Shown piece by piece: positions 52,227-62,655 of a stretch of DNA of 63,249 nucleotides (its first letter is position 1; each line of letters begins with the position of its first letter). Source of the stretch: a virus (lineage: Duplodnaviria; Caudoviricetes); the IMG/VR virus record IMGVR_UViG_3300032050_000128, positions 1-63,249 of that record; one strand, written 5' to 3'. The notes beneath the pieces were generated by a model, which was not told the origin of the DNA, did not search any database, and saw only the letters and a list, made by a program, of their open reading frames with translations. Position numbers and translations under genes: made by a program.

Positions 52227-54115
52227 GAGTAGCCGGCCGGTATGGAAGTTTGTATCTATTTGTAGAAGAAAATCGTGCAGCTGTGCTAGACACGGAGACT
52301 AATACAATTGTGCGTACTGGAACCAGCAGTGTCTTGTTAGCAAGCGCAAATTGGCAAAAACCAGGCATTAAGCCAACAAGAGCGATGACAGACCTAGCAC
52401 TCGGTGCCCTAACTGACTTGGACATTCGCATAGTCGCAAGCGGAGACCGCATGTACACGGTGCCAAAAGCCGCGCAGGCAGAGGCAAAACGAGGACTAGA
52501 GTGGCGAGCAAAGCACAATCGTGGCGGAACTCCGGTGGGCGTAAACAGTGCAAGAACGTTAGCTCGCGGCGGACAGATTGGCATCAGAAAGATTAGACAC
52601 ATTGCAAAGTACTTTCCACGTCATGAAGTAGACAAGAAGGGCAAGGGCTGGAGTCCAGGAGAAGACGGCTATCCTAGCAGAGGTCGTATTGCCTGGGCGC
52701 TTTGGGGTGGAGACCCTGCTTGGCGCTGGGCTAGAGCAATTGTCGAACGAGAAAACAAGAAAAAGAAGGGCGTACGCGCAGACGCCTACTCCGGTATGCC
52801 AGACGCAGAATACGATTTGTTTGGCGATAATACTGAAGACCTCAGAGAATTTTTTGACGCCGAGCTGCTAGACGTAGAGCAGGCTGCAGAGTTCGTAGTT
52901 CGCATAAACTTAGAAGACGGTGGCATAGACCGTCTGTACAAGGTGCAACCAGAAGGAGAAGTATTCGTCTGGGACGGCAGCGGATGGGAAGACCTAGGAC
53001 ACACCGCACACGACTTCAACACATACGATAAGTCTCTAGACGAACCGTACGACAAGGCGCCTAGAGCACACGTCTCGATAGACGCTATGTCCGCCATGAA
53101 AGTTTCTGCATTTTTACAACAAAATCCGTACTCGAGCATCGGACCGTCCATGCTGGAACCTGAAGAAGCTATACTAATGGCAGACGCAGCAGATGAAATA
53201 GACTGGGAACTCATAGACAGGGCCGCAGTCACTGCCGCCGGAGAAGAGGGCCTGAGCAAAGACGACACCCCGGGAGTGTACACCCCAGAAGAGAGATCAG
53301 AAAAAGCCAGCGGTCAAGTTAGAGATGCAGCCGGAAAGTTTGCGGCGGCCGGCACAAAAGTATTCATAGGCGGAGACAGGGCAGCTGTTGGCACAGTCAA
53401 GTCAGTAGACAGCAAGACTGGTCAAGTCAGCGTAGAACTGTCAGACGGCAAATTAGTCACAGTTGGAGCGCAGTTCACACAAGGTGTAGACGACGCGACG
53501 CCGGTGCAGACTTCACCTGAAAGATTTGATGGAGGCAGGCTAGACACCACCGGTCTACTGGCCAAGCCTAGAGTGCCGCAAGGGAGCTCGTTGGCAACGC
53601 TGCCTGGACTGCTACCGGCCCTGACTGAAAACGACGTGTCACTGCTGATGAGAGACTGGGGAGCTTGGGCAGCTGCCCAACGTGTAAGCCCAGAGGTAGC
53701 ACCTAACGTACAGTCATCACCTGCCCAGGGCAGCAACTTAAAGATTGGAAACACAGATTCAGTGCAGAGTCCAACATCGGCACCAGCGCCTGCACCGGCA
53801 ACACCAGTAACCTACGGAATAGTGCAGTCCGCGCCAAATGCCTACAATGATCCCATGCTACGCAGTTGGCTAGATCAAAAGTACAAGGGTAAAGATGGAG
53901 TAGAGCGTTTTGTAAACAGAGGTTGGTACAACCCTATAGTTAAACCGGGTCTAGAGGGAATGATCGAGAAACCAGAAGAAGACGCGTCTAAGATTACTGC
54001 AAAACGCAACAGACCAGGCGAGCAGCGAGCAGCAGTTGGAAAAGGACCAAACGTCTACTACCAACCAAATAAGATTCCAACCGCCACTCCTTCAGTAGTG
54101 CCTAAGGGTAAATAA
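52223..54115 (+). CDS. head-region modular protein
   Basis: GTGA overlap; GGTPVG..AR..YFPRH..IAWALWGGD module; QVRDAAGKF. Confidence 0.75.
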   Translation: MRVAGRYGSLYLFVEENRAAVLDTETNTIVRTGTSSVLLASANWQKPGIKPTRAMTDLALGALTDLDIRIVASGDRMYTVPKAAQAEAKRGLEWRAKHNRGGTPVGVNSARTLARGGQIGIRKIRHIAKYFPRHEVDKKGKGWSPGEDGYPSRGRIAWALWGGDPAWRWARAIVERENKKKKGVRADAYSGMPDAEYDLFGDNTEDLREFFDAELLDVEQAAEFVVRINLEDGGIDRLYKVQPEGEVFVWDGSGWEDLGHTAHDFNTYDKSLDEPYDKAPRAHVSIDAMSAMKVSAFLQQNPYSSIGPSMLEPEEAILMADAADEIDWELIDRAAVTAAGEEGLSKDDTPGVYTPEERSEKASGQVRDAAGKFAAAGTKVFIGGDRAAVGTVKSVDSKTGQVSVELSDGKLVTVGAQFTQGVDDATPVQTSPERFDGGRLDTTGLLAKPRVPQGSSLATLPGLLPALTENDVSLLMRDWGAWAAAQRVSPEVAPNVQSSPAQGSNLKIGNTDSVQSPTSAPAPAPATPVTYGIVQSAPNAYNDPMLRSWLDQKYKGKDGVERFVNRGWYNPIVKPGLEGMIEKPEEDASKITAKRNRPGEQRAAVGKGPNVYYQPNKIPTATPSVVPKGK

Positions 54116-57021
54116 TGAGCAAAAAAGAACTAACACCAGAGACTTCAGACATGGCAGCGGTGTACATGGCCATAGTCGCGCCTGACGACCCGCTGGCAGT
54201 TCTAGACTTAGTAGCGCTTATTCCAGCCTCCTCTGACTCTACCAAGCCGACTACGTTTACGCGTAAACCCGGCAAGTGGGAAAAAAACGAAAGAATACTT
54301 GCCGATCTAAACTCACCCACACCTCCTCCCTTGGTAGTGCTAGACGACCAGGCGCTGACCGAGGTACTGGAGCAGATCGACGGTGCAGCAGTGACTGCAG
54401 CGGCGTACGCATGGGTGGAGCCTGTAGACTGTCGGCTAACTGCCATTTATAGCTCTAGCACCGGTGACTTGGTCGCAGTGTCAGCTGCAGGAGGACTTGA
54501 TCGAAACAGAGGCAATGCCGAAAAGTTAAGACGGTACTGGCTCTATGGCAAAGGCGCTGCAAAAATTCGTTGGAACACTCCCGGTGACTGGACTAGGTGC
54601 TTTAGACAACTGTCAAAGTACATGGGACCGCGCGCCAAAGGCTACTGCGCCCTACGGCACAAAGAGGCCACTGGAATGTGGACAGGAGACAAACGCCACC
54701 GCCAGCTGCACGGAAGAAGGGGTGGAAAGTCTTTTTCTACCGCTGACTTTTTAGTAGACAGCGACACGTACATGTCTAGAAGCGTTCTGGCTGCTAGGCA
54801 TAAAGAAGCAGTTCAAAGATTTACTGCAAACTTAGTTGCATCAGGCACAGTGGAGCTAGAGGCAACAGAGCCAGGTGCATTCAAGATTCCTCTGGTGATA
54901 CCGGAAGGTATAGAGTCTGGTGACGGAAGAATTTTTGAAGAGGGTGCAATAAGCATGAGAGACCTTCCTCTTCCTTTGTTATGGCAGATAAAGACTGGCG
55001 AAGGCCATGCTGGTTCTGTAGTAGTGGGTCGAATAGATCAAATGGAGCGGGTAGAAGGCGGTATTGGTAACGCAATAGGCGTATTCGACAGAGGCGCTTA
55101 TGGTGCAGAGGCAGAAAGACTGGTGCGCAGTGGTTTTATCAGAGGCGTCTCTGCAGACCTAGATCAGTTTGAAGCAAAGGAAGAAAAACAGCAAAAAGAC
55201 GACCCGGAAGAGGCAAGCCAAGACCTCGGTGGGGGTAAAATTACAATCAACAAAGCTAGAGTTATGGCAGTTACGTTAGTGTCAAAACCGGCGTTTCAAG
55301 AATGCCGTATTTACCTCGACGACCAAGTTGAGACAGAGCAGGAGAGCCAAGTGAGCATACCAGACGGAGTGTACGCAGAAGAAATGGACCCGATGGAGGC
55401 GTCCGCGCTTGTCGCGTGCGGTCTAATAGCAGGTTCAATACCAGTAGTCCCACCGGCAACGTGGTTTTCTGACCAAGGTCTGTCCAAGCCAACCCCGCTG
55501 ACAGTGACTGACGAGGGACAGGTGTTCGGGCACATCGCGGCTTGGCATGTAGACCACATTGGAATGTCCTACGGCACTAAACCGCCTAAGAGCAAGAGCA
55601 AGTATGCGTATTTCCACACTGGAGTAGTTCGTACAGACGACAGCAAAGATGTTCCTGTCGGACAACTGACACTGGCAGGCGGACACGCCTCGCTGAGTGC
55701 CACGGCGGCAGAGGCTGCCCGTCACTACGACGACACCGCGTCCGCAGTTGCAGACGTACACGCCGGAGAAGACGCTTTTGGCATCTGGGTAGCAGGTGCA
55801 GTACGTCCAGGCACCACTCCAGAGCAGGTCAGAGCCCTTCGTGCATCGGCACCGTCAGGTGACTGGAGACCGATAAAGGGTGGACTAGAGCTAGTAGCAG
55901 TGTGCCAAGTAAACGTACCAGGATTTCCAATTGCTAGGGCACGAGTTGCTTCTGGCCAGGTTATGGCACTGGTCGCCGCCGGTGCAGGTGTGCTGGCACG
56001 TCTGAAATCAGACCCAGTCACCGAATTGGCACAAAGAATTGAAAAGTTGGAACAGTTAGAAAAGCAACCACTTATAGCTGCTAGCGCTGCCGCAACCGCG
56101 AGAATTGCCGCAGCCAGAGCAGAGCGAAACGAGCGACTAAGGTCTCGCGCAGCTGAACTCGCCATTCGGGTAGACGGCGAAGAAGCCACCTGGGACGACA
56201 ACATGAACGAGTTTGGGTTCATCTCACGCAGGGTCAGAAAAAAGCTGGCTGCAGAGAAAAAAGCAATGCCAGACGGCTCGTTCCCGATTAGAAACATACA
56301 AGACCTGAAGAACGCTATTCAGTCGTACGGACTGGCCAAAGACAGCAGAAAAGCTGCAGTAAAACGACACATCATGCGTCGTGCTAGAGGGCTGGACGCG
56401 CCTGATCTAATTCCAGATAAGTGGAAAAGCAACTCCGCCGAGCTAGCCGCAGAAACCGCAGACCTAAAAGCCAGAGTAGCCGCCGCAGCCGCACCACTGA
56501 AGTACGAAGGTGGAAAGTACACCCCGGACACCCAACCACGCGACGAAGTGGGAAAGTTTAGAGACGTACTCGCCCGGCTGAAGTCTGACCTAGGTCAAAG
56601 CGGAAACCAGGGAGTGGTAGAAGACATTCAAGAGGCAGATCGCCTGGCACAGGCCGGAGACTATGATGAAGCGGCCAAGGCAGCCGGAAAGCTGATCAAC
56701 GTAGTGGAGCGCATTGACACGGGCGCCCTGAACCCAAAGGCGCTCGAGAACGTCCGCGAGGGCGCAAGACAGCTGGGTGAGGTCCTGGCCAACCTGCCGC
56801 TACCGTTCGGAAATGAAACAGCAAAGTTAAAGTACTCGGAGCTGCCGCCGGCCCTGAGAGACCTGGTCAAAGATATGATCGACCGGGTAGTAGACAAGAT
56901 TGGCAAGGAAGACGCCAAGGAGGCAATCGCCGGACTGGAGTCTTTCATGTCAGGAGGAGACGTACTCACACAGAGTGAGGTCTCTTCCGAGATGAGCAAG
57001 CTACTGAGGTTACTGACCTGA
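54115..57021 (+). CDS. capsid maturation (prohead) protease with accessory modules
   Basis: ESGDGRIF, LPLPLLWQ...GH..SVVVGRI, GVSADLD, VTLVSKPAF, SGDWR; extra KIRWNTPGD and MPDGSFPI modules. Confidence 0.85.
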   Translation: MSKKELTPETSDMAAVYMAIVAPDDPLAVLDLVALIPASSDSTKPTTFTRKPGKWEKNERILADLNSPTPPPLVVLDDQALTEVLEQIDGAAVTAAAYAWVEPVDCRLTAIYSSSTGDLVAVSAAGGLDRNRGNAEKLRRYWLYGKGAAKIRWNTPGDWTRCFRQLSKYMGPRAKGYCALRHKEATGMWTGDKRHRQLHGRRGGKSFSTADFLVDSDTYMSRSVLAARHKEAVQRFTANLVASGTVELEATEPGAFKIPLVIPEGIESGDGRIFEEGAISMRDLPLPLLWQIKTGEGHAGSVVVGRIDQMERVEGGIGNAIGVFDRGAYGAEAERLVRSGFIRGVSADLDQFEAKEEKQQKDDPEEASQDLGGGKITINKARVMAVTLVSKPAFQECRIYLDDQVETEQESQVSIPDGVYAEEMDPMEASALVACGLIAGSIPVVPPATWFSDQGLSKPTPLTVTDEGQVFGHIAAWHVDHIGMSYGTKPPKSKSKYAYFHTGVVRTDDSKDVPVGQLTLAGGHASLSATAAEAARHYDDTASAVADVHAGEDAFGIWVAGAVRPGTTPEQVRALRASAPSGDWRPIKGGLELVAVCQVNVPGFPIARARVASGQVMALVAAGAGVLARLKSDPVTELAQRIEKLEQLEKQPLIAASAAATARIAAARAERNERLRSRAAELAIRVDGEEATWDDNMNEFGFISRRVRKKLAAEKKAMPDGSFPIRNIQDLKNAIQSYGLAKDSRKAAVKRHIMRRARGLDAPDLIPDKWKSNSAELAAETADLKARVAAAAAPLKYEGGKYTPDTQPRDEVGKFRDVLARLKSDLGQSGNQGVVEDIQEADRLAQAGDYDEAAKAAGKLINVVERIDTGALNPKALENVREGARQLGEVLANLPLPFGNETAKLKYSELPPALRDLVKDMIDRVVDKIGKEDAKEAIAGLESFMSGGDVLTQSEVSSEMSKLLRLLT

Positions 57022-57069
57022 GTGCGCAAAATCTCACAGATTGACCTGATAAACCCAAAGTAATATACA

Positions 57070-57179
57070 GATCAGGTAGAGTGCCTCTGGCCCAAGTGGT
57101 TTTTAAGAGTCCCTCCACCTCGACTGATCAGCGAGACAGGCTAAAAATTAGCTTGTCGTGACTGGCCCGGAGGAGGGAC
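57070..57179 (+). promoter_or_regulatory. structured capsid-gene leader with anti-SD
   Basis: GTCCCTCC 57109-57116 is complementary to SD GGAGGGAC 57172-57179; two further stems. Confidence 0.5.
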
Positions 57180-57184
57180 AGTAA

Positions 57185-59200
57185 GTGGACCGTATCAAAG
57201 AAATGCTAGACAAGCTGTCTGAGCTAAGTGAGGAACAACTCACTGAGCTACAGAGTGAAATTGTTAGCGAGTTTGAGTCGGTTGAAAGCGAAGATCCATC
57301 TCCACAGACAGTCGACGCGATGACGTCGCTTGCCGACATGCTCGACACGGTTCGCTCAGAAGTAACTCGCCGCGAGGCAGAGATTTCAGAGCTAGCTGCG
57401 CGTGCAGCAGAAGCTGCAGCACGAGTACGTGGTAATGCTGACGACACGGAACAAGCCGTTCACGAAGATAAAGAACCGGCCAAAGCCGAAGGCGAAGCAG
57501 AGATGCCAGCCGAGGAAGAGACCGACAAAGAGAAAGAAGAACCGGCAATGACCGAAGCGTCAACTGCAACAGAGAAGGCCGCAGAGCTTTCATCCGAACA
57601 ACCAGAACAACCAGCAACAGCAATTGAACCAGTAGTCGAAGCAGCACCAGCCACGGAAGCAGCAGCAACCGAGGCAGCAGCTGAAGAGAAGACTGAAGAA
57701 GCAGCTCCAGCGGAGGAAGCTCCAGCTGAAGAGGCAAAAGAAGAAGAAAAAGAAAAAACCGAGGCCTCGACCGAGGTCACGGAGCTAGCGACAGCTGCAA
57801 CTGCGGAAGCAGTAGCAGAACCGGCAAAAGAAGCCGAAGCCGCAGCAACCAGCAACGAGACTGTGGCAGAAACCGCAGTAGAAACCCAGGAGGCAACAAC
57901 AGTGACAGCCGCCGTAAACGAGTCAGAGAGCTTGGAAATCCAGGCACCAGCTGACCGCCGCCCTACAGACAGGACGACAGAAGCCGCACCCGTGGCAATC
58001 ACGGCAGGCGCTGACATTCCTGGCTACACAGCGGGAGCACCGATGAACACCATGACAGATGTAGCAGACGCTTTCGTCAAGCGCCTACACGGCCTACGCC
58101 GTGTAAACGGTGGCGACGGAGAACAGCACATCGTCGCATCTCTGGCAACAACATACCCAGAGGATCGTCAATTAACTCAGGATGCAGAAGCAAACTGGGC
58201 AAAGGTACAGGCAGTAGCCGGACCTGAGGCACTCGTTGCTTCCGGCGGCCACGCTGCACCATTCGAGGTACGTTACGACATCTTCGGCTTTGGTACAACA
58301 AGCCGTCCGGTGCGTGACTCACTTCCTAAGTTCCAGGCTGACCGTGGCGGTATTCGCTTCATCACGCCTCCAACACTATCCGGTGCAGCTAACGCTGTAG
58401 GAACTTGGACAAACGCAACAGACATCACCCCAGAATCAAACGTAAAGGCAAGCTTGACCGTAGCAGCAGCCGGTGAAAACACCGTTGCAACTGACGCGAT
58501 CACGATGCAGATGCAGTTTGGTAACTTGATGTCCCGTGCGTATCCAGAGCTTGTAGCTCGACACAACGAGCTAGGTCTGATCCAGCACGCACGTGCTGCA
58601 GAGCAGTACCTACTTGGCAAGATCGACTCAGCTTCAACAGCTGTTACGTCTACCAACGTAATCGGTGTAGCCCGTGACTTCCTTGTACAGGTTGGTCGCG
58701 CCGCAGCCGCTTACCGCTCACGTCACCGCCTAGAGGCAGACGCACCACTTGCAGCGATCGTGCCTGCATGGGTACGCGACGCCATGATCGCTGACCTGGC
58801 ACTAACCATGCCTGGCGACGACAAACTCGGCGCAACATACGCCGAGATCGAAGGCTACCTTGCAAGCCGTGGCGTGAACATCACGTTCACGACTGACCAG
58901 GGTGTATTCGGTGCACAGTCCGCAGCCGCAATGCTAGAGTTCCCAGACACATTCGTCTGGCGAATCTTCGCAGAGGGAACATTCTTGTTCCTAGACGGCG
59001 GAACTCTGGACCTAGGTATCATCCGCGACTCCACGCTTGTCGGAACCAACGACTACAAGATGTTCGTTGAGACCTTCGAGGGTATCGCAAAGGTCGGTAT
59101 CGAGAGCCTCTCAGTTACGTCCACAATCCAGATCAACGGTGCAGCAGCAGCTCTCCGCGACACTCTGGGCGGCGTAGCAGCATCAACAGTTGAGCTCTAA
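57185..59200 (+). CDS. major capsid protein with N-terminal scaffold region
   Basis: E/A-rich coiled N-terminus, AGADIPG, ALVASGG..AP, RGGIRF, LDLGIIRDSTL..TNDY. Confidence 0.92.
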   Translation: MDRIKEMLDKLSELSEEQLTELQSEIVSEFESVESEDPSPQTVDAMTSLADMLDTVRSEVTRREAEISELAARAAEAAARVRGNADDTEQAVHEDKEPAKAEGEAEMPAEEETDKEKEEPAMTEASTATEKAAELSSEQPEQPATAIEPVVEAAPATEAAATEAAAEEKTEEAAPAEEAPAEEAKEEEKEKTEASTEVTELATAATAEAVAEPAKEAEAAATSNETVAETAVETQEATTVTAAVNESESLEIQAPADRRPTDRTTEAAPVAITAGADIPGYTAGAPMNTMTDVADAFVKRLHGLRRVNGGDGEQHIVASLATTYPEDRQLTQDAEANWAKVQAVAGPEALVASGGHAAPFEVRYDIFGFGTTSRPVRDSLPKFQADRGGIRFITPPTLSGAANAVGTWTNATDITPESNVKASLTVAAAGENTVATDAITMQMQFGNLMSRAYPELVARHNELGLIQHARAAEQYLLGKIDSASTAVTSTNVIGVARDFLVQVGRAAAAYRSRHRLEADAPLAAIVPAWVRDAMIADLALTMPGDDKLGATYAEIEGYLASRGVNITFTTDQGVFGAQSAAAMLEFPDTFVWRIFAEGTFLFLDGGTLDLGIIRDSTLVGTNDYKMFVETFEGIAKVGIESLSVTSTIQINGAAAALRDTLGGVAASTVEL

Positions 59201-59267
59201 GATAGAACTCAGCTAGTCAAGCAGTAACTTAAGCGAACACTCAGAAGCACAAAGGAGAAACATAAAG

Positions 59268-60146
59268 ATGCCGTTCACAGGAGTAGTAAAAGCTCCAGAG
59301 CTGATTCCGAACCCTTTTGGGCTTCTGAGTGTCGCCAAGGTACACAACCACAGCACCTCAGAAGACGGAGAACGCTGGATTCGAGGCTTTGACCAGGAAG
59401 ACGAGTCAAATCCGACGATTCGCATTCTCAACAAGAATGACGAAGCTGTCAGTGATAATCCACTGGCAGATCAGTCAGGTACAGCGCGCTTTCAGCGTAT
59501 TGTTCCGTTCTTCATCGAGACCGAAGACTTTATCTCGATGTTCGGCGTGCTAGGTGAAGATCGTTTTGCCCGCGTGCTGCGTCAACTAGAGGCAGCCACG
59601 CAAAAAGCGCTAGAAAAAGAATTGTGGGACGGAGTAGCTGTTCGCGGCGACACTGGAAGCGGTGCAGCAGCAAACACTACAGCCTACCTGACTAAGACTG
59701 GTGGAGCTACAGTAATCTCCAACGCTAACAACGTAAAAGCAGATCTTTGTCTGGCCAAGCTAGAACAAAGTATTGCCGGTTCTCCATGCGGTGAGCAGGC
59801 AGTAATCCACATGACACGCGACGTCGCTTCTATCCTAGGAAACAAGTTAATAATGGCCGAAGACAAGATTACGACGCGTTTAGGCACACCTGTAGTAGTC
59901 GGCTCCGGATACACCGGAAGCGGTCCTATAGGAAACGCCCAGGCAGCTGCAGACGCTACCCACAAGTGGATGTATGCCACTGGTGGTGTCGAGGTACACC
60001 TCGGCAAGTCAGAAGTAATAAACGAGTCGCTGGCCCAGGGTGCCGCCGCCAGCACTAATGATATGAGAATAAAGGCGACACGTGCCGCTGGTATCTACTT
60101 TGATACCTCGATCTTTCAAACTATCAGGGTCGACATAACGGCGTAA
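59268..60146 (+). CDS. minor capsid / decoration-type structural protein
   Basis: Follows MCP; PFGLLSVA, TRLGTPVVVGSGY, WMYATG. Confidence 0.7.
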   Translation: MPFTGVVKAPELIPNPFGLLSVAKVHNHSTSEDGERWIRGFDQEDESNPTIRILNKNDEAVSDNPLADQSGTARFQRIVPFFIETEDFISMFGVLGEDRFARVLRQLEAATQKALEKELWDGVAVRGDTGSGAAANTTAYLTKTGGATVISNANNVKADLCLAKLEQSIAGSPCGEQAVIHMTRDVASILGNKLIMAEDKITTRLGTPVVVGSGYTGSGPIGNAQAAADATHKWMYATGGVEVHLGKSEVINESLAQGAAASTNDMRIKATRAAGIYFDTSIFQTIRVDITA

Positions 60147-60188
60147 GATAACCCCAGGTCAAACAACCAAAATCAAGGAGACAGCTAA

Positions 60189-61229
60189 ATGGCTACCCAG
60201 GACTACGCAGCGAGCATCCAAGGTGTGTCTATACGGGTAACCCGCTTAGACGCAAACGGAGCTCTACTAAACGGTGAAAACGACGTATACACGACATCCG
60301 CATTCATCCGTGCCTCTTTCACTCCAGAATACGAAGCTGGCGATGAAATCACAGAGAAGGCCGCAGACGGAACAGTGTGCGTAGCCTACCAGGCACCAGA
60401 CACGTTAAAGCGTGTCACCATGGAAATTGCAATCTGCGAGCCAGACCCAGAGCTTTCACAGCTGCTGTCCGGCGGACTATTGCTGCGCAAAAATTTAGGC
60501 ACCTATGCCTCACCTGACGTGAAGAGCGTCGGCTGGGCAGCACCTTCAGTAGGTGACGACCCACAGGCAAACGGAGTAGCCGTAGAAGTTTGGTCACTGG
60601 CAATCAAAGATGGAAAGAAAGCACTAACACTGCCTTACTTCCACTGGATCTTCCCGTACGTCAAGCTACGTCAGTCTGGCGACCGTGTAATTGAGAACGG
60701 CTTGCTTGCAAACACATTTGAAGGCTACGGTCTTGGAAACGCTACATTCGGTTCCGGTCTAGACGACCGCTGGGAGTTCCCAGTCGCGTCAGACCGTCCG
60801 TACGCCTACGCACGCACAACTTGGGCACCTACCGGATACAAGGGCTTCCACACATGGCACCCACAGCTATCCGCTTCAGTCACCAACAAGCAACTTACAA
60901 ATAACGTAGTTACCCTGACTACAGCCGCTGCCCACGGATACTTAGCGGGCGACCGTGTGACAGTAAGCAACCTGGACCCAGCAATCGACGGTACTTACAC
61001 CATCACTGCTGCTCCAACCAGCACAACGTTTACCTACAGCAAGACAGGAGCAAACATTCCTTCTACTGCAGACACCGGAAGTGCAGTTGTTCCAGCTGCA
61101 GGACGCGCAGTCACCAGCTTCACCGACACAGCGTCTACGACAGCCTACAACATCCCGGGCAACGAGAACTACAACCCAGAGGCACCGTCCGACTACATCA
61201 TTGCCTCAACCGAAGACCCAACACCGTAA
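60189..61229 (+). CDS. major tail protein with C-terminal accessory beta domain
   Basis: IRVTRLD..G, EITEKAADG..C, YFHWIFPY; C-terminal AHGYLAGDRVTV...DGTYTIT. Confidence 0.85.
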   Translation: MATQDYAASIQGVSIRVTRLDANGALLNGENDVYTTSAFIRASFTPEYEAGDEITEKAADGTVCVAYQAPDTLKRVTMEIAICEPDPELSQLLSGGLLLRKNLGTYASPDVKSVGWAAPSVGDDPQANGVAVEVWSLAIKDGKKALTLPYFHWIFPYVKLRQSGDRVIENGLLANTFEGYGLGNATFGSGLDDRWEFPVASDRPYAYARTTWAPTGYKGFHTWHPQLSASVTNKQLTNNVVTLTTAAAHGYLAGDRVTVSNLDPAIDGTYTITAAPTSTTFTYSKTGANIPSTADTGSAVVPAAGRAVTSFTDTASTTAYNIPGNENYNPEAPSDYIIASTEDPTP

Positions 61230-61242
61230 CAGGTCTAAGAAC

Positions 61243-61296
61243 GGGGCGGCGTACCAACTGTGTCAAAATGTAGACACAGGTACGTCGCCCTCTTTT
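61243..61296 (+). terminator. intrinsic terminator
   Basis: GGGCGGCGTACC...GGTACGTCGCCC followed by TCTTTT. Confidence 0.8.
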
Positions 61297-61329
61297 ATCG
61301 GTAGAGCAAGCTAAGCAAAGGACACAGGT

Positions 61330-62469
61330 ATGGCAACGAACTTATGGACAAACGTTGAAGAGCTAGGTGAGTACGCCGGCTCTACACACTCGTATGAGGC
61401 GTGCAAAACCGCGTCTTACATGCTGTGGGCCTTGTCTGGTCGAAAGTTTACGGGCATCACTACAGTCACAGAGAGATATGTGTGCGCCAGCAACATTCGT
61501 CTGCTCGGAGCTTCAGCTCAGACCTTTACTCCAGCGCTGCTAGAGGGTACGATATTTAACATTCCAGTTGGAGACATAGACCGATTTGGCACGGAGTTTT
61601 CTTCCGAGGCAAACTCAGCCAGGTCCAGGCTTCGCCTGCGCGGTCGCAGAGTTGTAGAAGTACACAACGTAAGAACTCTAAAGGGAGACCTAGTAGATCC
61701 CATGAACTACAGGCTGGTAGAGCACTCGACTCTAGAGGCCACCTACGGTAAAAATTTTTTTCCTTGCAACGTAGAAGTAACCTACACGTACGGAGCCCCG
61801 CCTCCGGCAGCAGGTCGACTAGCGGCTAGAACTCTTGCCCTAGAACTAGTCAAGCTGTATGAAAACTCAGACGACTGCGCGTTGCCAAACCGCGTCACGT
61901 CTGTCGCACGTCAGGGCGTAACTTACACTGTACTAGACAACCAAGACTTTATTGACGAGCTACGCTCTGGTATCTACGCAGTAGACTTATTCTTACGTGC
62001 TACAAACCCAGACAGGGCCAGAGCACGCGCCAGAGTATTTTCACCGGACGTACCTAGAGCGCGTCGAGTAAATCCAAAGCCATTTGTACTGCCTCAGAGC
62101 ACATTTGACATCGCCACTAAGCCTAGCCAGGTCGGCGCACGAGTAATACAGCTAGAAGACGTAAGTGGACAGTTCCTGCTGGACGACAACAGTTGGAACC
62201 TAGAAGTCCGCATAACTAACTGGGCTGGAACTTCTACTACCGCGCTGACAAATGCGGCAACCTTAGACGTAGCAGGAGAACGAGTAACTGTAACTGTCTC
62301 CTACGCAGAAGCAAAGTCAATTCTAGGACTACACGACCCGGGCACGTGGGACCTTTACGTGTCGCGTCCAACTCCAGACAACCCAAGCGTAGACGAAGTA
62401 ATCAACTTAGTCTCGGGCAACCTCTCAATCCAGTTGGCCGAGCCTACCGAACCGGTATACACCCTGTAA
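61330..62469 (+). CDS. head-to-tail adaptor
   Basis: LWALSGRKF, VTYTYG..PP, CALPNRVTSVARQGV, NP..ARVFSPD. Confidence 0.8.
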   Translation: MATNLWTNVEELGEYAGSTHSYEACKTASYMLWALSGRKFTGITTVTERYVCASNIRLLGASAQTFTPALLEGTIFNIPVGDIDRFGTEFSSEANSARSRLRLRGRRVVEVHNVRTLKGDLVDPMNYRLVEHSTLEATYGKNFFPCNVEVTYTYGAPPPAAGRLAARTLALELVKLYENSDDCALPNRVTSVARQGVTYTVLDNQDFIDELRSGIYAVDLFLRATNPDRARARARVFSPDVPRARRVNPKPFVLPQSTFDIATKPSQVGARVIQLEDVSGQFLLDDNSWNLEVRITNWAGTSTTALTNAATLDVAGERVTVTVSYAEAKSILGLHDPGTWDLYVSRPTPDNPSVDEVINLVSGNLSIQLAEPTEPVYTL

Positions 62470-62503
62470 ACCGGACTAGACAAGAAAAGGAAAAAGAAAA
62501 AAG

Positions 62504-62653
62504 ATGAGAAACTTTAGATCAGTAGACATGGGAAGATTGGCTAAGCCAGCGCGAGGCAGAGTAAAGAAGGCGCAAGCTGCTCCAGTAGTAGCTCAGACGT
62601 ACGTCGAACCAGAGAAGACAGAAGTACTAGAGCAAGACACAGATAAGGAATAA
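62504..62653 (+). CDS. small hypothetical protein (49 aa)
   Basis: MRNFRSVDM... Confidence 0.5.
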   Translation: MRNFRSVDMGRLAKPARGRVKKAQAAPVVAQTYVEPEKTEVLEQDTDKE

Positions 62654-62655
62654 CA

